A DNA stretch of 47,256 nucleotides from Candidatus Woesearchaeota archaeon (GTDB taxonomy: Archaea; Nanobdellota; Nanobdellia; Woesearchaeales; GW2011-AR9): NCBI GenBank assembly GCA_018657475.1, contig JABHXC010000021.1, positions 1-47,256 of the forward strand, in the 5' to 3' direction. Shown in pieces: positions 25,905 through 35,206 of the stretch (position 1 is its first letter; each line of letters opens with the position of its first letter). A program made the translations under genes and the position numbers. A model generated the notes under the pieces. The model did not search any database, was not told where the DNA came from, and saw nothing but the letters and a program-made list of their open reading frames with translations.

Positions 25905-26662
25905 TATTTCTTTATCATTTCTAAATCTTCTTCTGACATTATATTTATTTTAAAGTCATTTACAGTAATATTTCTACTATTTTTTCTTTTCGGGAAACTT
26001 TCCTTTGGACAAATAATTAATCCATTTTTATACTTTAGTGCTTTCATATATCTTATTAGTTGTTTAATTTGTGTTTGAGTAATGTTATTTCTAGCTCTAA
26101 AATCTTTGACTTCAACAACATAATTTATTCCATTTAGTTCTAGTGTACAATCTGCGATCCCATTTTGAGTTCTGACTTTGGATCTAACTTTTCCGAGCCC
26201 ACTTAAAATGTCAACTATTTTTCTTTCATATGCAATACATCTGTTTACAATAATATTTGAAGCAACACCTGAAACGATATTTCTAGGAACATATTCAATA
26301 CCTGCACAGCGGTAAGCATTTTCTATTGTTCTAAATAATCTGGGGAGACAAACGTGAATGTTTTCTTGAATATCTGTAACAGTGCATCCTGGATTATTTT
26401 GGATATACTCAATAATTTCTCTCTTTTGTTGTTGTCTATTTCTTCTACTTAGACTCTTAGAAAGTTTAACGTTTGCTGCCCTATAGGCAGCTCCCATATT
26501 TTTGTATAATCTTTCTACTTTGATCTTTGTATTGTTCTTAATATCTAAATAAGTACAATTTGGATTTTTACGAATGTAGGCTATCAGAATTTTCTTTTTC
26601 TCATTAGGATTATTGTAACAATCTTTTGGAACCCATTCAGAGCACTCTTCTTTAATTCTCAT
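25874..26662 (-). CDS. two-wHTH + PD-(D/E)xK (restriction-endonuclease-fold) nuclease-like protein
   Basis: Preferred start is MRIKEECSEW at 26662 (the track ORF extends to 26746). There are two similar wHTH-like repeats (ILIAYIRKNPNCTYLDIKNN...AAYRAANV and IIEYIQNNPGCTVTDIQENI...NAYRCAGI). The C-terminal block GIADCTLELNGINYVVEVKDF fits a D...ExK nuclease core. The last 9 codons (GDAEIRTRI) are read from the tRNA-Trp 3' half. Confidence 0.5.
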   Translation of the reverse strand: MRIKEECSEWVPKDCYNNPNEKKKILIAYIRKNPNCTYLDIKNNTKIKVERLYKNMGAAYRAANVKLSKSLSRRNRQQQKREIIEYIQNNPGCTVTDIQENIHVCLPRLFRTIENAYRCAGIEYVPRNIVSGVASNIIVNRCIAYERKIVDILSGLGKVRSKVRTQNGIADCTLELNGINYVVEVKDFRARNNITQTQIKQLIRYMKALKYKNGLIICPKESFPKRKNSRNITVNDFKINIMSEEDLEMIKKYGDAEIRTRI

Positions 26663-26736
26663 TTTTATCGCCTCTTTGTTTTGCACTAAATAAAAACAAA
26701 GAGCGTGTAAAAAAAGAGATAACAACTTAATAAACT

Positions 26737-26763
26737 CTATCAGCACTTGTCCAGTGACCAGTG
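26737..26763 (+). repeat. 27-bp repeat, copy 1 (CTATC-N5-TTGTCCAGTGACCAGTG)
   Basis: The exact 17-mer TTGTCCAGTGACCAGTG (26747-26763) recurs reverse-complemented at 36577-36593. The CTATC 5 nt upstream is also shared. The copy is embedded in a local inverted repeat AGCACT...AGTGCT and lies immediately 5' of the TATA box of the permease gene. Confidence 0.85.
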
Positions 26764-26765
26764 CT

Positions 26766-26779
26766 AAAAATATATAAAC
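26766..26779 (+). promoter_or_regulatory. TATA-box promoter of the permease gene
   Basis: AAAAATATATAAAC is centred about 28 nt upstream of the ATG at 26800, implying a leaderless transcript. Confidence 0.5.
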
Positions 26780-26799
26780 ACTAAAGAAGTCATTAATTC

Positions 26800-27990
26800 A
26801 TGTTCAAAAAAGAGGATAGAGAAAAAGTTTACAAAGGCCTTTTCAAAAATAAACTATTAATTGCAGCTACAACTCTGATTGGTACTATTGTTGGTGCTGG
26901 AATTCTGGGTATTCCTTATGTTGTAGCTGAATCCGGTATTGCTATAGGCTTTCTTTGGATAGTATTACTTGGATTAACATTTCTTTTAATGAATCTCTTC
27001 ACGGGAGAAGTAATTTTACGTACAAAAAAACATCACCAATTAACCGGTTATGCTGAGAAGTATCTTGGAAAATGGGGAAAACGTGGTATGACTTTATCCA
27101 TGCTCATATCAATTTATGGTGCATTAACTGCATATCTTATTGGTAGCGGTGCTACTTTACAAGCCATTTTTTCTTGGGGATCTCCTTTGTGGTATTCTCT
27201 AATCTTTTTTGTTATAACTGCAGTAATTGTAGTTAAAGGAATTAAAGCAACAGGTAGGACTGAGTTAATTCTTATTTCTTTACTATTCCTAATTGTTATT
27301 GTTATTGGTTTGTTATCGGTTGCAAATTTCAATGCAGCTAATTTTGTTCCTCATAGTTTTGCAAAATTCTTTGTTCCTTATGGGGTAGTTTTGTTTGCTT
27401 TTATGGGGATGCCAGCCATCCCAGAAATTACACAGGAATTAAAGAGGAATAAAAAACAATTAAAGAAAGCTATTATTATTGGTTCAGTTGCACCAATCAT
27501 TTTATATTTGGTTTTTACAGTAATCATTCTTGCATTAATTGGTGTTGATCAATTTTCTTTGTTAGCACCTAATGAAAGAATAGCAACTATTGCTTTGAGT
27601 GTTTATGGAAATCCAGTTCTTGGAGTGTTAGCAAACATTTTAGCCGTTCTAGCAATGTTTACCTCATTTTTAACGTTGGCATTAGCATTAACTAGTATGT
27701 ACCATTATGATTATAATGTGAAAAAGTGGCTTGCTTTAGTATTAACCCTTAGCCTTCCTTTATTGATAGTTTTGTTTAATATTACTACTTTTCTTATAGT
27801 TCTTGGAATAACTGGTGCATTAGCAGGAGGTTTAGAAGCAATTATTGTACAACTAATGTATTGGAAAGCTAAGACAAAAGGAAACCGTAAACCTGAATAC
27901 AGTTTACCTAAATACAAGCTTTTAGGGATTCTCTTTATTATTCTCTTTATTTTGGGAATATTGATATCATTATACTCTCAATTCTTTTAG
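26800..27990 (+). CDS. amino-acid permease, aromatic amino acid (Mtr/TnaB/TyrP-like) family
   Basis: About 11 TM helices. The N-terminal block LIGTIVGAGILGIPYVVAESG...FLLMNLFTGEVILRT...YAEKYLGKWG resembles the ArAAP/Aa_trans signature region. Confidence 0.7.
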   Translation: MFKKEDREKVYKGLFKNKLLIAATTLIGTIVGAGILGIPYVVAESGIAIGFLWIVLLGLTFLLMNLFTGEVILRTKKHHQLTGYAEKYLGKWGKRGMTLSMLISIYGALTAYLIGSGATLQAIFSWGSPLWYSLIFFVITAVIVVKGIKATGRTELILISLLFLIVIVIGLLSVANFNAANFVPHSFAKFFVPYGVVLFAFMGMPAIPEITQELKRNKKQLKKAIIIGSVAPIILYLVFTVIILALIGVDQFSLLAPNERIATIALSVYGNPVLGVLANILAVLAMFTSFLTLALALTSMYHYDYNVKKWLALVLTLSLPLLIVLFNITTFLIVLGITGALAGGLEAIIVQLMYWKAKTKGNRKPEYSLPKYKLLGILFIILFILGILISLYSQFF

Positions 27991-28076
27991 TTACTACTCT
28001 AGATTAACAAAAGATCCAAAAACTTTATATACCGATGCCTACTGGAGAGTGGTATTAGGGGTGTGTTGAGTATATA

Positions 28077-28970
28077 ATGGATAACGAAATACCAGAAAAT
28101 AAACTAGAGCAGGAATTATTTCTTGAAACCGTTAGCGGTATGGCTAGCGCTTTGAATAATGGTGAAGGTATAAAAATTCCTATAGAAAAAGTAAGAGAAC
28201 TTTCACTTTATCTTTCTAAAACAGTTTCTGAATCACAACGTCAAGATGTTGGTAGTTGGGTGTTAAACAAAGCACCAGCTGTTGCAAAAAGACTTGAATA
28301 TCATCCTCAAAAAGTTGGAGACGCATTAAAAGAACTTGCTAGAGTCCGTAATTTTCTTCCAGTGGAACAAGCAGACGAGTGGGTAGAAGAAGGAATTAAA
28401 CACGGTTCTTCTCCTCTGTATAAAGATTATTTTAAGCTCCAGCATGAAGGCGCAGATAAATATAGTGAATTATTAGAAAACGCAGTTGCAGATCATCACG
28501 AGCAACTAGAAATAACATTAAAAGATCACAAAAGAAATGCAGGTAGATGGAGAAAAGCCACTTTACTTGGCATTTTAGGCTTAACTTCTATAGGATCAGC
28601 AGCTATGTATTTTATGGGCGAGGGTCAACTTTCGTTTGAAGTCGGTGATTTAAATTTAAGCGGAATTGCACAAAGAATGAATCCAGATGAATATGTACAT
28701 CCACTTGAAGCAAATCGTGATGATCCAGAATATTTACGGAATATGACTCAAGATTTTATTAATGAATTTGGTGGAGTTTTAATCACCGTTAACCAAGAAT
28801 TACCTTTAGAGGATAGGTGTCCTGATGTGATGGAGAGATTGTATAACGCAATGACCTCTACTTCACGACCTATTGACATTACAATAAAAGAAGATTACAT
28901 TGACGCAACCAGCCCAATGTGTGATTTAACTGATAGTTCAACCGGAGTGGCTCTTAGAGCAACCCGCTAA
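28077..28970 (+). CDS. single-pass membrane protein (helical cytoplasmic N-domain, Cys-containing external C-domain)
   Basis: Track ORF with a TM segment ATLLGILGLTSIGSAAMYFM at about residue 165. It is the first gene of a same-strand, tightly spaced four-gene cluster. Confidence 0.5.
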   Translation: MDNEIPENKLEQELFLETVSGMASALNNGEGIKIPIEKVRELSLYLSKTVSESQRQDVGSWVLNKAPAVAKRLEYHPQKVGDALKELARVRNFLPVEQADEWVEEGIKHGSSPLYKDYFKLQHEGADKYSELLENAVADHHEQLEITLKDHKRNAGRWRKATLLGILGLTSIGSAAMYFMGEGQLSFEVGDLNLSGIAQRMNPDEYVHPLEANRDDPEYLRNMTQDFINEFGGVLITVNQELPLEDRCPDVMERLYNAMTSTSRPIDITIKEDYIDATSPMCDLTDSSTGVALRATR

Positions 28971-28986
28971 TGGAGGAATAAATAAA

Positions 28987-30594
28987 ATGAAAGGAAAAAT
29001 ATTAAATTCAGCATTATCTTTAGCTTTAGCAGCTACACCTGCTGGTACAGCGTTCGCACAAGAAGGCACTGGAGCAGCAGCTGTAGAACAGACTGTTGAA
29101 GGTGTTGAAATACCTGGATTAACAGATATGTTAAATCCAATAGTAGGTTCTGAAAATCCTGAAGAAGCAGTTGATGAAGTACAACCTACATCTCAATACG
29201 GTGAAATCTTTGGTTTTGGAAACTTTTTTACTAATGTTCCTGAATCAATTACAGAAGCACAAAGATTATTGGCTGAACAACAACCTGTAGGGATTGAAAC
29301 ACCAGTTGTAGCACCAGTTGAAATTACACCAGTTGTAGCACCTGAAGAATTAACTTGTGATTATGTACGTGGTTGTTTAGACACTCCTGTTGTAGAAACA
29401 GCACCTACAAGAACAAGACGACCTTCTAGAACAAGAGCAAGAGCTTTAGAAAATGAAACAGCAATTGAAGATTTGCAAATTTCCTTAGAAGGATTAACTC
29501 TCCATCTTCAATCAACAAATAACACTGATAGATTTTTTACAGAAAGAATCGATAATCTATATCAAACTTTAGAAAATCTACAAACAGAAGTTGTTGAAGG
29601 ACCTTCAGCAGCTCCTACTGTAGAAGCTTTAGAATCAGCAGGCGGATTTCCAACTGCTACTCAATTTAGAGACGAAGCATTAAACACTGCTTACAACCAA
29701 CTCTTTGCACCCGTGCAAGAAGCACATGAAGCATATGTACAAGTTTTCGAAACTGAAATGGCAGAACTTGATGTTTTAGTTGCCGAAGCAAGAGAACAAT
29801 TTCCAATTATTGCAGAATTAGATGAAACTGATTCAGAAGAAGGCTACAGCCAAATTAGTTTAATCTTCAATGCACTTGGCGATGAAGGAAATGAAATTAA
29901 TGAACGTCTAGCAAGAATTACTGCTGCAGAAGAACACAGAGATGTGTTATACCAAAGTGCACTTGATTTAGCTGTTGCTAGCGCAACATCTGGTCCAACT
30001 CCAGATCATCCAAGATGGACTACAGGTGTTTCCTTAGGATACGGATCTGATGGAGTTGTCGTTAGTTTTGGTCAAGATGTAACACTTCCAGGAAGCAACG
30101 TTGTACTTTACACTGGATTCGAAGTCCCTACCGGTCCAGAACCTGAAACTAATCAAACTTCATCTACTGTAGAAGGCTTAGGATCAGCAGGAAGATACAA
30201 TGTAGCTACAGAAGATACAACTAAATCTGAAGAAATAATTAGTCCTTTTGTAACATTCAGAGCTGGATTAGGATACACACTTAGTGATATTGTAGATGTT
30301 CGAGCTGGAGTAAGACTTAATGTTTCAAGCGTTGAAGAAACTGAAACAAATTCGGCTTACAGTCGGCTACAAGACACAGATGGAGAGCTAATTGGAGATG
30401 AACAACGTGTTGTTGATGATGCTGAATTAGTTAGGAGTGAAACTAATTTACAAGTAGCTCCCGAAGTTCGTTTAAATGTCCATACAGATCAAGCTAACAC
30501 TCTTGGTTTTGGAGCAGAATTAGGGTTTTCCTACGATTTTGAAAGCAACGACGTTGAATACCAATTAATCTTTGGCCCAAGAGCCAATTTTTAA
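28987..30594 (+). CDS. secreted acidic protein: Sec signal, coiled-coil middle, C-terminal OMP-like beta-barrel-type domain ending in Phe
   Basis: Signal MKGKILNSALSLALAATPAGTAFA|QEG. The last ~190 aa contain about 8 amphipathic strand-like segments (RWTTGVSLGYG, VVVSFGQDVTL, VVLYTGFEV, FVTFRAGLGYTL, VDVRAGVRLNV, LQVAPEVRLNVH, LGFGAELGFSYDF, VEYQLIFGPRANF). The terminal residue is F. Confidence 0.55.
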   Translation: MKGKILNSALSLALAATPAGTAFAQEGTGAAAVEQTVEGVEIPGLTDMLNPIVGSENPEEAVDEVQPTSQYGEIFGFGNFFTNVPESITEAQRLLAEQQPVGIETPVVAPVEITPVVAPEELTCDYVRGCLDTPVVETAPTRTRRPSRTRARALENETAIEDLQISLEGLTLHLQSTNNTDRFFTERIDNLYQTLENLQTEVVEGPSAAPTVEALESAGGFPTATQFRDEALNTAYNQLFAPVQEAHEAYVQVFETEMAELDVLVAEAREQFPIIAELDETDSEEGYSQISLIFNALGDEGNEINERLARITAAEEHRDVLYQSALDLAVASATSGPTPDHPRWTTGVSLGYGSDGVVVSFGQDVTLPGSNVVLYTGFEVPTGPEPETNQTSSTVEGLGSAGRYNVATEDTTKSEEIISPFVTFRAGLGYTLSDIVDVRAGVRLNVSSVEETETNSAYSRLQDTDGELIGDEQRVVDDAELVRSETNLQVAPEVRLNVHTDQANTLGFGAELGFSYDFESNDVEYQLIFGPRANF

Positions 30595-30641
30595 TTTTTT
30601 TTATTAAATTATCATAATAAACACAACAGGTGAAAAAACAA

Positions 30642-32939
30642 ATGAAACGAGGACAATTTTTTGTAATCTTGGCGTTAATCTTAACGCTGACAACCATGTA
30701 CTCAGCTTTAGCTGACAATCCTATTGCTTTAACCAGCATCTGGACTGAAAACGATGGAACTTCATTGACAGTAGACGCAGGCGAAGAAGCAGAAGTCTAT
30801 GTTTTTGTAACAAGTTTAGAATCATTCAGACTATCTATTGATATCTTAGACGAAGATGGTTTGACTGAATCAATAGTTACCAATTTACCAATCCCTGCAG
30901 GACCTTCCAACAGCAGGTACTGGAATGAATTTGCTATTGACACTACAGAATTAAATGGTGATTATGATGTTGTTGTTCGTGTAACTAATAGTAGAGGAAC
31001 CACAACCGAAACTTTATCTTTAAATGTTATTGGTGAAGATTCAACAGCAGTAAACAATCCCCCTACTATAAGATTAGACCCTTCTCCAGACAGATGGGAT
31101 TCATTATTTGGTTTGAACATTATTCCATTCTTTTTCCACTATGATCGAACAGTAGATGAATCATTTACTATCAACATTGTTGGTGAGGATGTTAATAATG
31201 ATGATGTTACTGTTGAAGCTAACTTTTTCGGTTCAACACCGGCTGGTATGAGTTTAGTTCAAATATCAGAAGGTCGTGTTAGATTAACTGGAACTCCTAC
31301 TGAAACAGGAAAATTCACCGTACAATTTTTAGCAACTGATGAACATGAAGCTTCAGCAGGTTGGGCATTTGATGTAACCATTCACCCTGAAAGTCCTGAA
31401 TTAGAAATTACTTCAGTTGAACCTTTAACAGTAAATGAAGGTAACACTAACGTTATTGTAGCAGAAGTAACTAATGATGTATCTGTTGAAGAATTTACTG
31501 TACAATTACATGATGCAGAAACTGGAGACAGAATCAGAAGTGATATATTTACTTCTTTAGAACAAACTGAAAATCAATTAAGAATTGAAGTATCACCTAA
31601 TTTTAATGCTGTTAATCATGTAACACATACTGAACTAACAAGAGATGTTGTTGCAACAATTACTGCAGATGATCTAACCACCATAACTACAGAATTAACT
31701 GTAGTTGATACAAATCAAAATCCTTTATTTGGTTTAATTGAAGATATTGGTCCTGTAGAACTTAACTCATTAGTTGAGTTTACTGTAACTGCTTATGATA
31801 CAGATCGAGAAGATGTGTTAACTTACAATAAAGTAAGCGGTCCAACAACTCTAACTATCGATTCAGAAACTGGTGAAGTTAGCTGGTTAGCTAGTACAGA
31901 AGGCACTCATACAATCGTACTTCGAGTAGAAGATGGATTTGGTGGTAGTGATAAAATTACTCTTTTACTAACCGTAAACGAACTAGAAAACAGCGCACCT
32001 GTGTTAACTGCAATCGGCTCACAATACGCTGAAGTTGGAGACTTGGTAACTTTTACTGCAACTGCATCCGATGTTGATGGCGATGAATTAACTTTTAGAA
32101 CAGGAGGAGATTACGCGGAACATTTTAACCCATTCGATCATACTTTCACTTGGAGAGTTGAATCACCTGATGTTGGAACGCACACAGTAAGAATAATTGT
32201 ATCTGACGGAGAATTAACCGACTTTGAAGATGTCTTGATCACTGTAAGTGAGTTAGACACTGACAGAGACGGAATTCCTGATAGTGAAGACAATTGTCCT
32301 TTAACACCAAACCCTGATCAAGAAGATACTGACGGTGACGGCCTAGGTGATGCCTGTGATGACTCTCCATTTAACGATGAACCAAGAATTGTCTCTAACC
32401 CACCTACAACTGCACAGGAAGGGGAAGAGTATCAATATCAAGTAATTGTTGTTGATAGTGATTCAATTGATTACTGGGTTAATGGTCCTGAAGGAATGGA
32501 AATTGATGAATCCGGTTTAGTAACTTGGACACCTGAGGATGGTAATGACGCTTTTGTCACTGTGTTTGCTACCGATGGTGAATTTGTTGTAAGTCAGGAT
32601 TATCACATCCAAACAAGAGAAAGTTATAGGAATGTTAAATTCACATCTGTGCGTGTTTCACAAGAAGAAGTTTACCCTGGAGAACCAGTTTATGTTTATG
32701 TAAGCATGGAAAATAATGGTAATCAAGATTTAGATGATTTGCGAATAACTGCAATGATTCCAGAATTAGGTTTACATTACTCTGGTGGCGAATATGATCT
32801 TGAAGAAGGCGACAGCGTGACTGAACAGCTATTTTTGCCAATCCATTACTCTGCTCCGGCAGGAACTTACACTGTTTGGGTTATGGCAAAGAACGGCCAG
32901 TTCCATGACAACGCATTCAGGCAAGTGATTGTAAGATAA
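30642..32939 (+). CDS. large acidic surface adhesin-like protein (cadherin/PKD-like repeats, TSP3 repeat, C-terminal CARDB-like domain)
   Basis: ATG at 30642 follows AGGTGA; the track ORF starts at a GTG at 30630. Signal [24 protein letters not shown] and repeated Ig-like modules (e.g. [24 protein letters not shown]...; [17 protein letters not shown]...). Also a TSP3 repeat [36 protein letters not shown] and a CARDB-like end ([34 protein letters not shown]). Confidence 0.7.
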   Translation: MKRGQFFVILALILTLTTMYSALADNPIALTSIWTENDGTSLTVDAGEEAEVYVFVTSLESFRLSIDILDEDGLTESIVTNLPIPAGPSNSRYWNEFAIDTTELNGDYDVVVRVTNSRGTTTETLSLNVIGEDSTAVNNPPTIRLDPSPDRWDSLFGLNIIPFFFHYDRTVDESFTINIVGEDVNNDDVTVEANFFGSTPAGMSLVQISEGRVRLTGTPTETGKFTVQFLATDEHEASAGWAFDVTIHPESPELEITSVEPLTVNEGNTNVIVAEVTNDVSVEEFTVQLHDAETGDRIRSDIFTSLEQTENQLRIEVSPNFNAVNHVTHTELTRDVVATITADDLTTITTELTVVDTNQNPLFGLIEDIGPVELNSLVEFTVTAYDTDREDVLTYNKVSGPTTLTIDSETGEVSWLASTEGTHTIVLRVEDGFGGSDKITLLLTVNELENSAPVLTAIGSQYAEVGDLVTFTATASDVDGDELTFRTGGDYAEHFNPFDHTFTWRVESPDVGTHTVRIIVSDGELTDFEDVLITVSELDTDRDGIPDSEDNCPLTPNPDQEDTDGDGLGDACDDSPFNDEPRIVSNPPTTAQEGEEYQYQVIVVDSDSIDYWVNGPEGMEIDESGLVTWTPEDGNDAFVTVFATDGEFVVSQDYHIQTRESYRNVKFTSVRVSQEEVYPGEPVYVYVSMENNGNQDLDDLRITAMIPELGLHYSGGEYDLEEGDSVTEQLFLPIHYSAPAGTYTVWVMAKNGQFHDNAFRQVIVR

Positions 32940-32995
32940 CTCCTCTTAAATGAAGATTATCTGTAATCACTCTTGAATACTAAAAACGGCGAAAC

Positions 32996-33005
32996 CTTTA
33001 TATAG
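32996..33005 (+). promoter_or_regulatory. TATA box (flanked by GAAACC/GGTTTC inverted repeat) for the S-layer-like gene, with long leader and GGAGG
   Basis: CTTTATATAG lies about 75 nt upstream of the ATG at 33079, and GGAGG at 33064-33068. A strong promoter with a long 5' UTR is typical for abundant surface proteins. Confidence 0.4.
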
Positions 33006-33078
33006 GACATTGGTTTCGACCGTCTAAGAAAGAGTCCTACTCAAAAACGACCTTAAAAGGTTTGGAGGAAAAATAAAA

Positions 33079-34383
33079 ATGAAAAAATTGTTGAGCATAA
33101 TGGTTATTTTTAGCCTACTTGCAGTTGCTTTAGTGAGTTCAACCTCATTAGAAAGCGATCTTGCAATTAATATGGTTGAAGTAGATGACCGAGAAGCACA
33201 GCTATACAGTCTTGATGAAGTTGCAGCAGTAGCTTCTATTGATGACTTAAACGCTATTGTAGTTGAAGAAGGCGAAACACTTGAAGTGGAAGTAACCTTA
33301 GAAGCTGAAAGTTCAGCTAAAGATATCCAAGTTGAAGTTGAACTTCGAGGATATGAATATGATGACATTTCTGATCGAAGCGAAGTATCTGATATTGACG
33401 TTTCCCCTGAAGGTACTGGAACCAGTACAGTTGATGTAAACTTAGATTTAGAATTACCTGCTAGGTTAGACAAAGACCGATACTTATTGCGAATTACTGT
33501 AGATGATAAAGATAGCGCACCTGTTATCCGAAACATTGCTTTACAAGTAAAACCTGCAAGACACAGTATCGAAATCGCAGATGTTGCATTCTCCCCAGGA
33601 AACACCGTTCAAGCTGGCCGAGCATTGTTAACAGACGTTTTGTTAGCTAACTTTGGAGACAAAGATGAAAAAGATGTTCGTGTTAATGTAGCAATTCCTG
33701 AATTAGGAGTAAAAGCATTACCTGAAACTGTTAATGTAGTTTCTACAGATGATCACAACCTTGATTACGAAGACGTTACTGGAATGTTCGTACCTATCCC
33801 TGCAAACGCAGCGGCAGGAGAATATCAAGTATTGGTAACTGTTGATTATGATTTGTATAGTGAACAAATTACCGAAGCTTTTACAATTAATGTTGTTGAA
33901 GACGCACGATTCCAAGCAGCAGAAACTTTAGTTTTAGCTGTTGGTCCTGAAATCCAAAGTATCTCACAAGGAACAGTTGGAACTTACGCAGTTGCATTAA
34001 CTAATGCAGGCCACAGTTCTAATGCTTACTTGTTAAGTGTACAAACTGGAGATTGGGCTACCTCAACTCTAAGCGACTCATTAGTTGTTTTAGAACCTGG
34101 AAGAAACCAAGTTGTGTATGTTGATGTAACACCTAGTTCAAACGCAGCACCTGGTGCTCACGCAGCTTCCTTAACCATTCAAACTGGTGACGGAGAAATG
34201 CTTGAAACTATCTCTTTACAAACAAATGTTTTGGAAGGAAACGGTAGAGACAGAGCAGGCTTGCGAAGTGGTCTAGAAATTGCATTAATTGTCTTAGTAG
34301 TATTATTAGTAATCATCGGTTTAATCGTTGGTTTTAGTAGATTACGAAGAGACGACGAAGGCGAAGAACAAACTTACTATTAA
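33079..34383 (+). CDS. acidic cell-surface (S-layer-like) protein with CARDB-type domains and C-terminal TM anchor
   Basis: Sec signal MKKLLSIMVIFSLLAVALVSS. CARDB-like blocks (IADVAFSPGNTVQAGRALLTDVLLANFGDKDEKDVRVNVAIPELG; ...AGEYQVLVTVDYD). C-terminal TM IALIVLVVLLVIIGLIVGF plus a charged tail. Confidence 0.7.
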   Translation: MKKLLSIMVIFSLLAVALVSSTSLESDLAINMVEVDDREAQLYSLDEVAAVASIDDLNAIVVEEGETLEVEVTLEAESSAKDIQVEVELRGYEYDDISDRSEVSDIDVSPEGTGTSTVDVNLDLELPARLDKDRYLLRITVDDKDSAPVIRNIALQVKPARHSIEIADVAFSPGNTVQAGRALLTDVLLANFGDKDEKDVRVNVAIPELGVKALPETVNVVSTDDHNLDYEDVTGMFVPIPANAAAGEYQVLVTVDYDLYSEQITEAFTINVVEDARFQAAETLVLAVGPEIQSISQGTVGTYAVALTNAGHSSNAYLLSVQTGDWATSTLSDSLVVLEPGRNQVVYVDVTPSSNAAPGAHAASLTIQTGDGEMLETISLQTNVLEGNGRDRAGLRSGLEIALIVLVVLLVIIGLIVGFSRLRRDDEGEEQTYY

Positions 34384-34414
34384 TTTAGTAAGCGTTTTTA
34401 ACTTCCCTCCAAAC

Positions 34415-34432
34415 TTTTTTTTTCTTTTTTTT
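34415..34432 (+). terminator. oligo-T tract downstream of the surface-protein cluster
   Basis: TTTTTTTTTCTTTTTTTT lies about 30 nt after the stop at 34383. Archaeal termination commonly uses oligo-T tracts. Confidence 0.4.
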
Positions 34433-34434
34433 CT

Positions 34435-35175
34435 TTAATAATTCTGGAGAGTTTTTATATATTTTTTATTTAATCCACCTAGTCTGAAAATCACAACTTC
34501 ACTAATACCTATTTTTTTCATGGTCTTAAGATCTCTTTCTAAGTTTTCACGTTTAAGTATTGGTTCATCTCCAAGAATTCCTGTTGCTATTGTGCCTAAA
34601 CCAACGTGTAAATCTTTCCCATATTTTCTATGTAAATTCTTAATTTGTTTTAGTAACAACCAACTATACCCTTTATGCATTGAAGTGTAATACATAACAA
34701 TTTTCTTATTTCCATATCTCTTTGGTGAGAATGAAACACTCAAAAAAGTTAAAATCCATTGTGAAAATTTTCCTTTGATAGGATATTCAGCTGTAACAAT
34801 TTTCTTACCATATCGTTTAAAGAATTTCTTAATCCTCACTTTATTTTTGATAAAATAACCTAAACGTAAAAACAACCATGGATGTCTAAAAGGTAATTCT
34901 GCGTCCCACATAACTAATCTTTTTCCTCGTTTAACATCTTGTATAGTTTTTTTAACAGCTTTTGCAGAACTAAACGGGCTTAACCAATAACCTTCTTTCT
35001 TTTCAAGAATTGGCCAATAACCAAATGTAATATTCTTCTTTTTGTATGGCTTTATGAGTTTCTCATATTCTTTAACACTTTTAGCAGCAACATAAACTGT
35101 TGTGGGCCAATCAATTAACTTTAGTTTATCCAGATTTTTCTTTGTAGGAAACTCTTCAAAAAAGCTAATTCGCAT
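34435..35175 (-). CDS. hypothetical Lys-rich protein
   Basis: Track ORF of 246 aa whose composition matches the bulk genome rather than the adjacent acidic cluster. No motif recognised. Confidence 0.5.
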   Translation of the reverse strand: MRISFFEEFPTKKNLDKLKLIDWPTTVYVAAKSVKEYEKLIKPYKKKNITFGYWPILEKKEGYWLSPFSSAKAVKKTIQDVKRGKRLVMWDAELPFRHPWLFLRLGYFIKNKVRIKKFFKRYGKKIVTAEYPIKGKFSQWILTFLSVSFSPKRYGNKKIVMYYTSMHKGYSWLLLKQIKNLHRKYGKDLHVGLGTIATGILGDEPILKRENLERDLKTMKKIGISEVVIFRLGGLNKKYIKTLQNY

Positions 35176-35206
35176 ACAATAAGTAAATTTTTATTGTTAA
35201 TAAGAT

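Noticed and set aside
5721-27990. Functional link between trpS, tRNA-Trp and the adjacent Trp/Tyr-type permease, as a possible Trp regulon
   Set aside because: trpS lies 20 kb away with many unrelated genes in between. The adjacency of tRNA-Trp and the permease looks coincidental, and no shared leader or T-box-like element was seen.
30642-30720. Possible class III (type IV pilin-like) signal peptide, [13 protein letters not shown], in the large adhesin
   Set aside because: The same N-terminus is equally well explained as an ordinary Sec signal, with n-region MKRGQ, an h-region, and the c-region SALA|D (an AxA-type cleavage site). There is not enough evidence for a pilin-like assignment.
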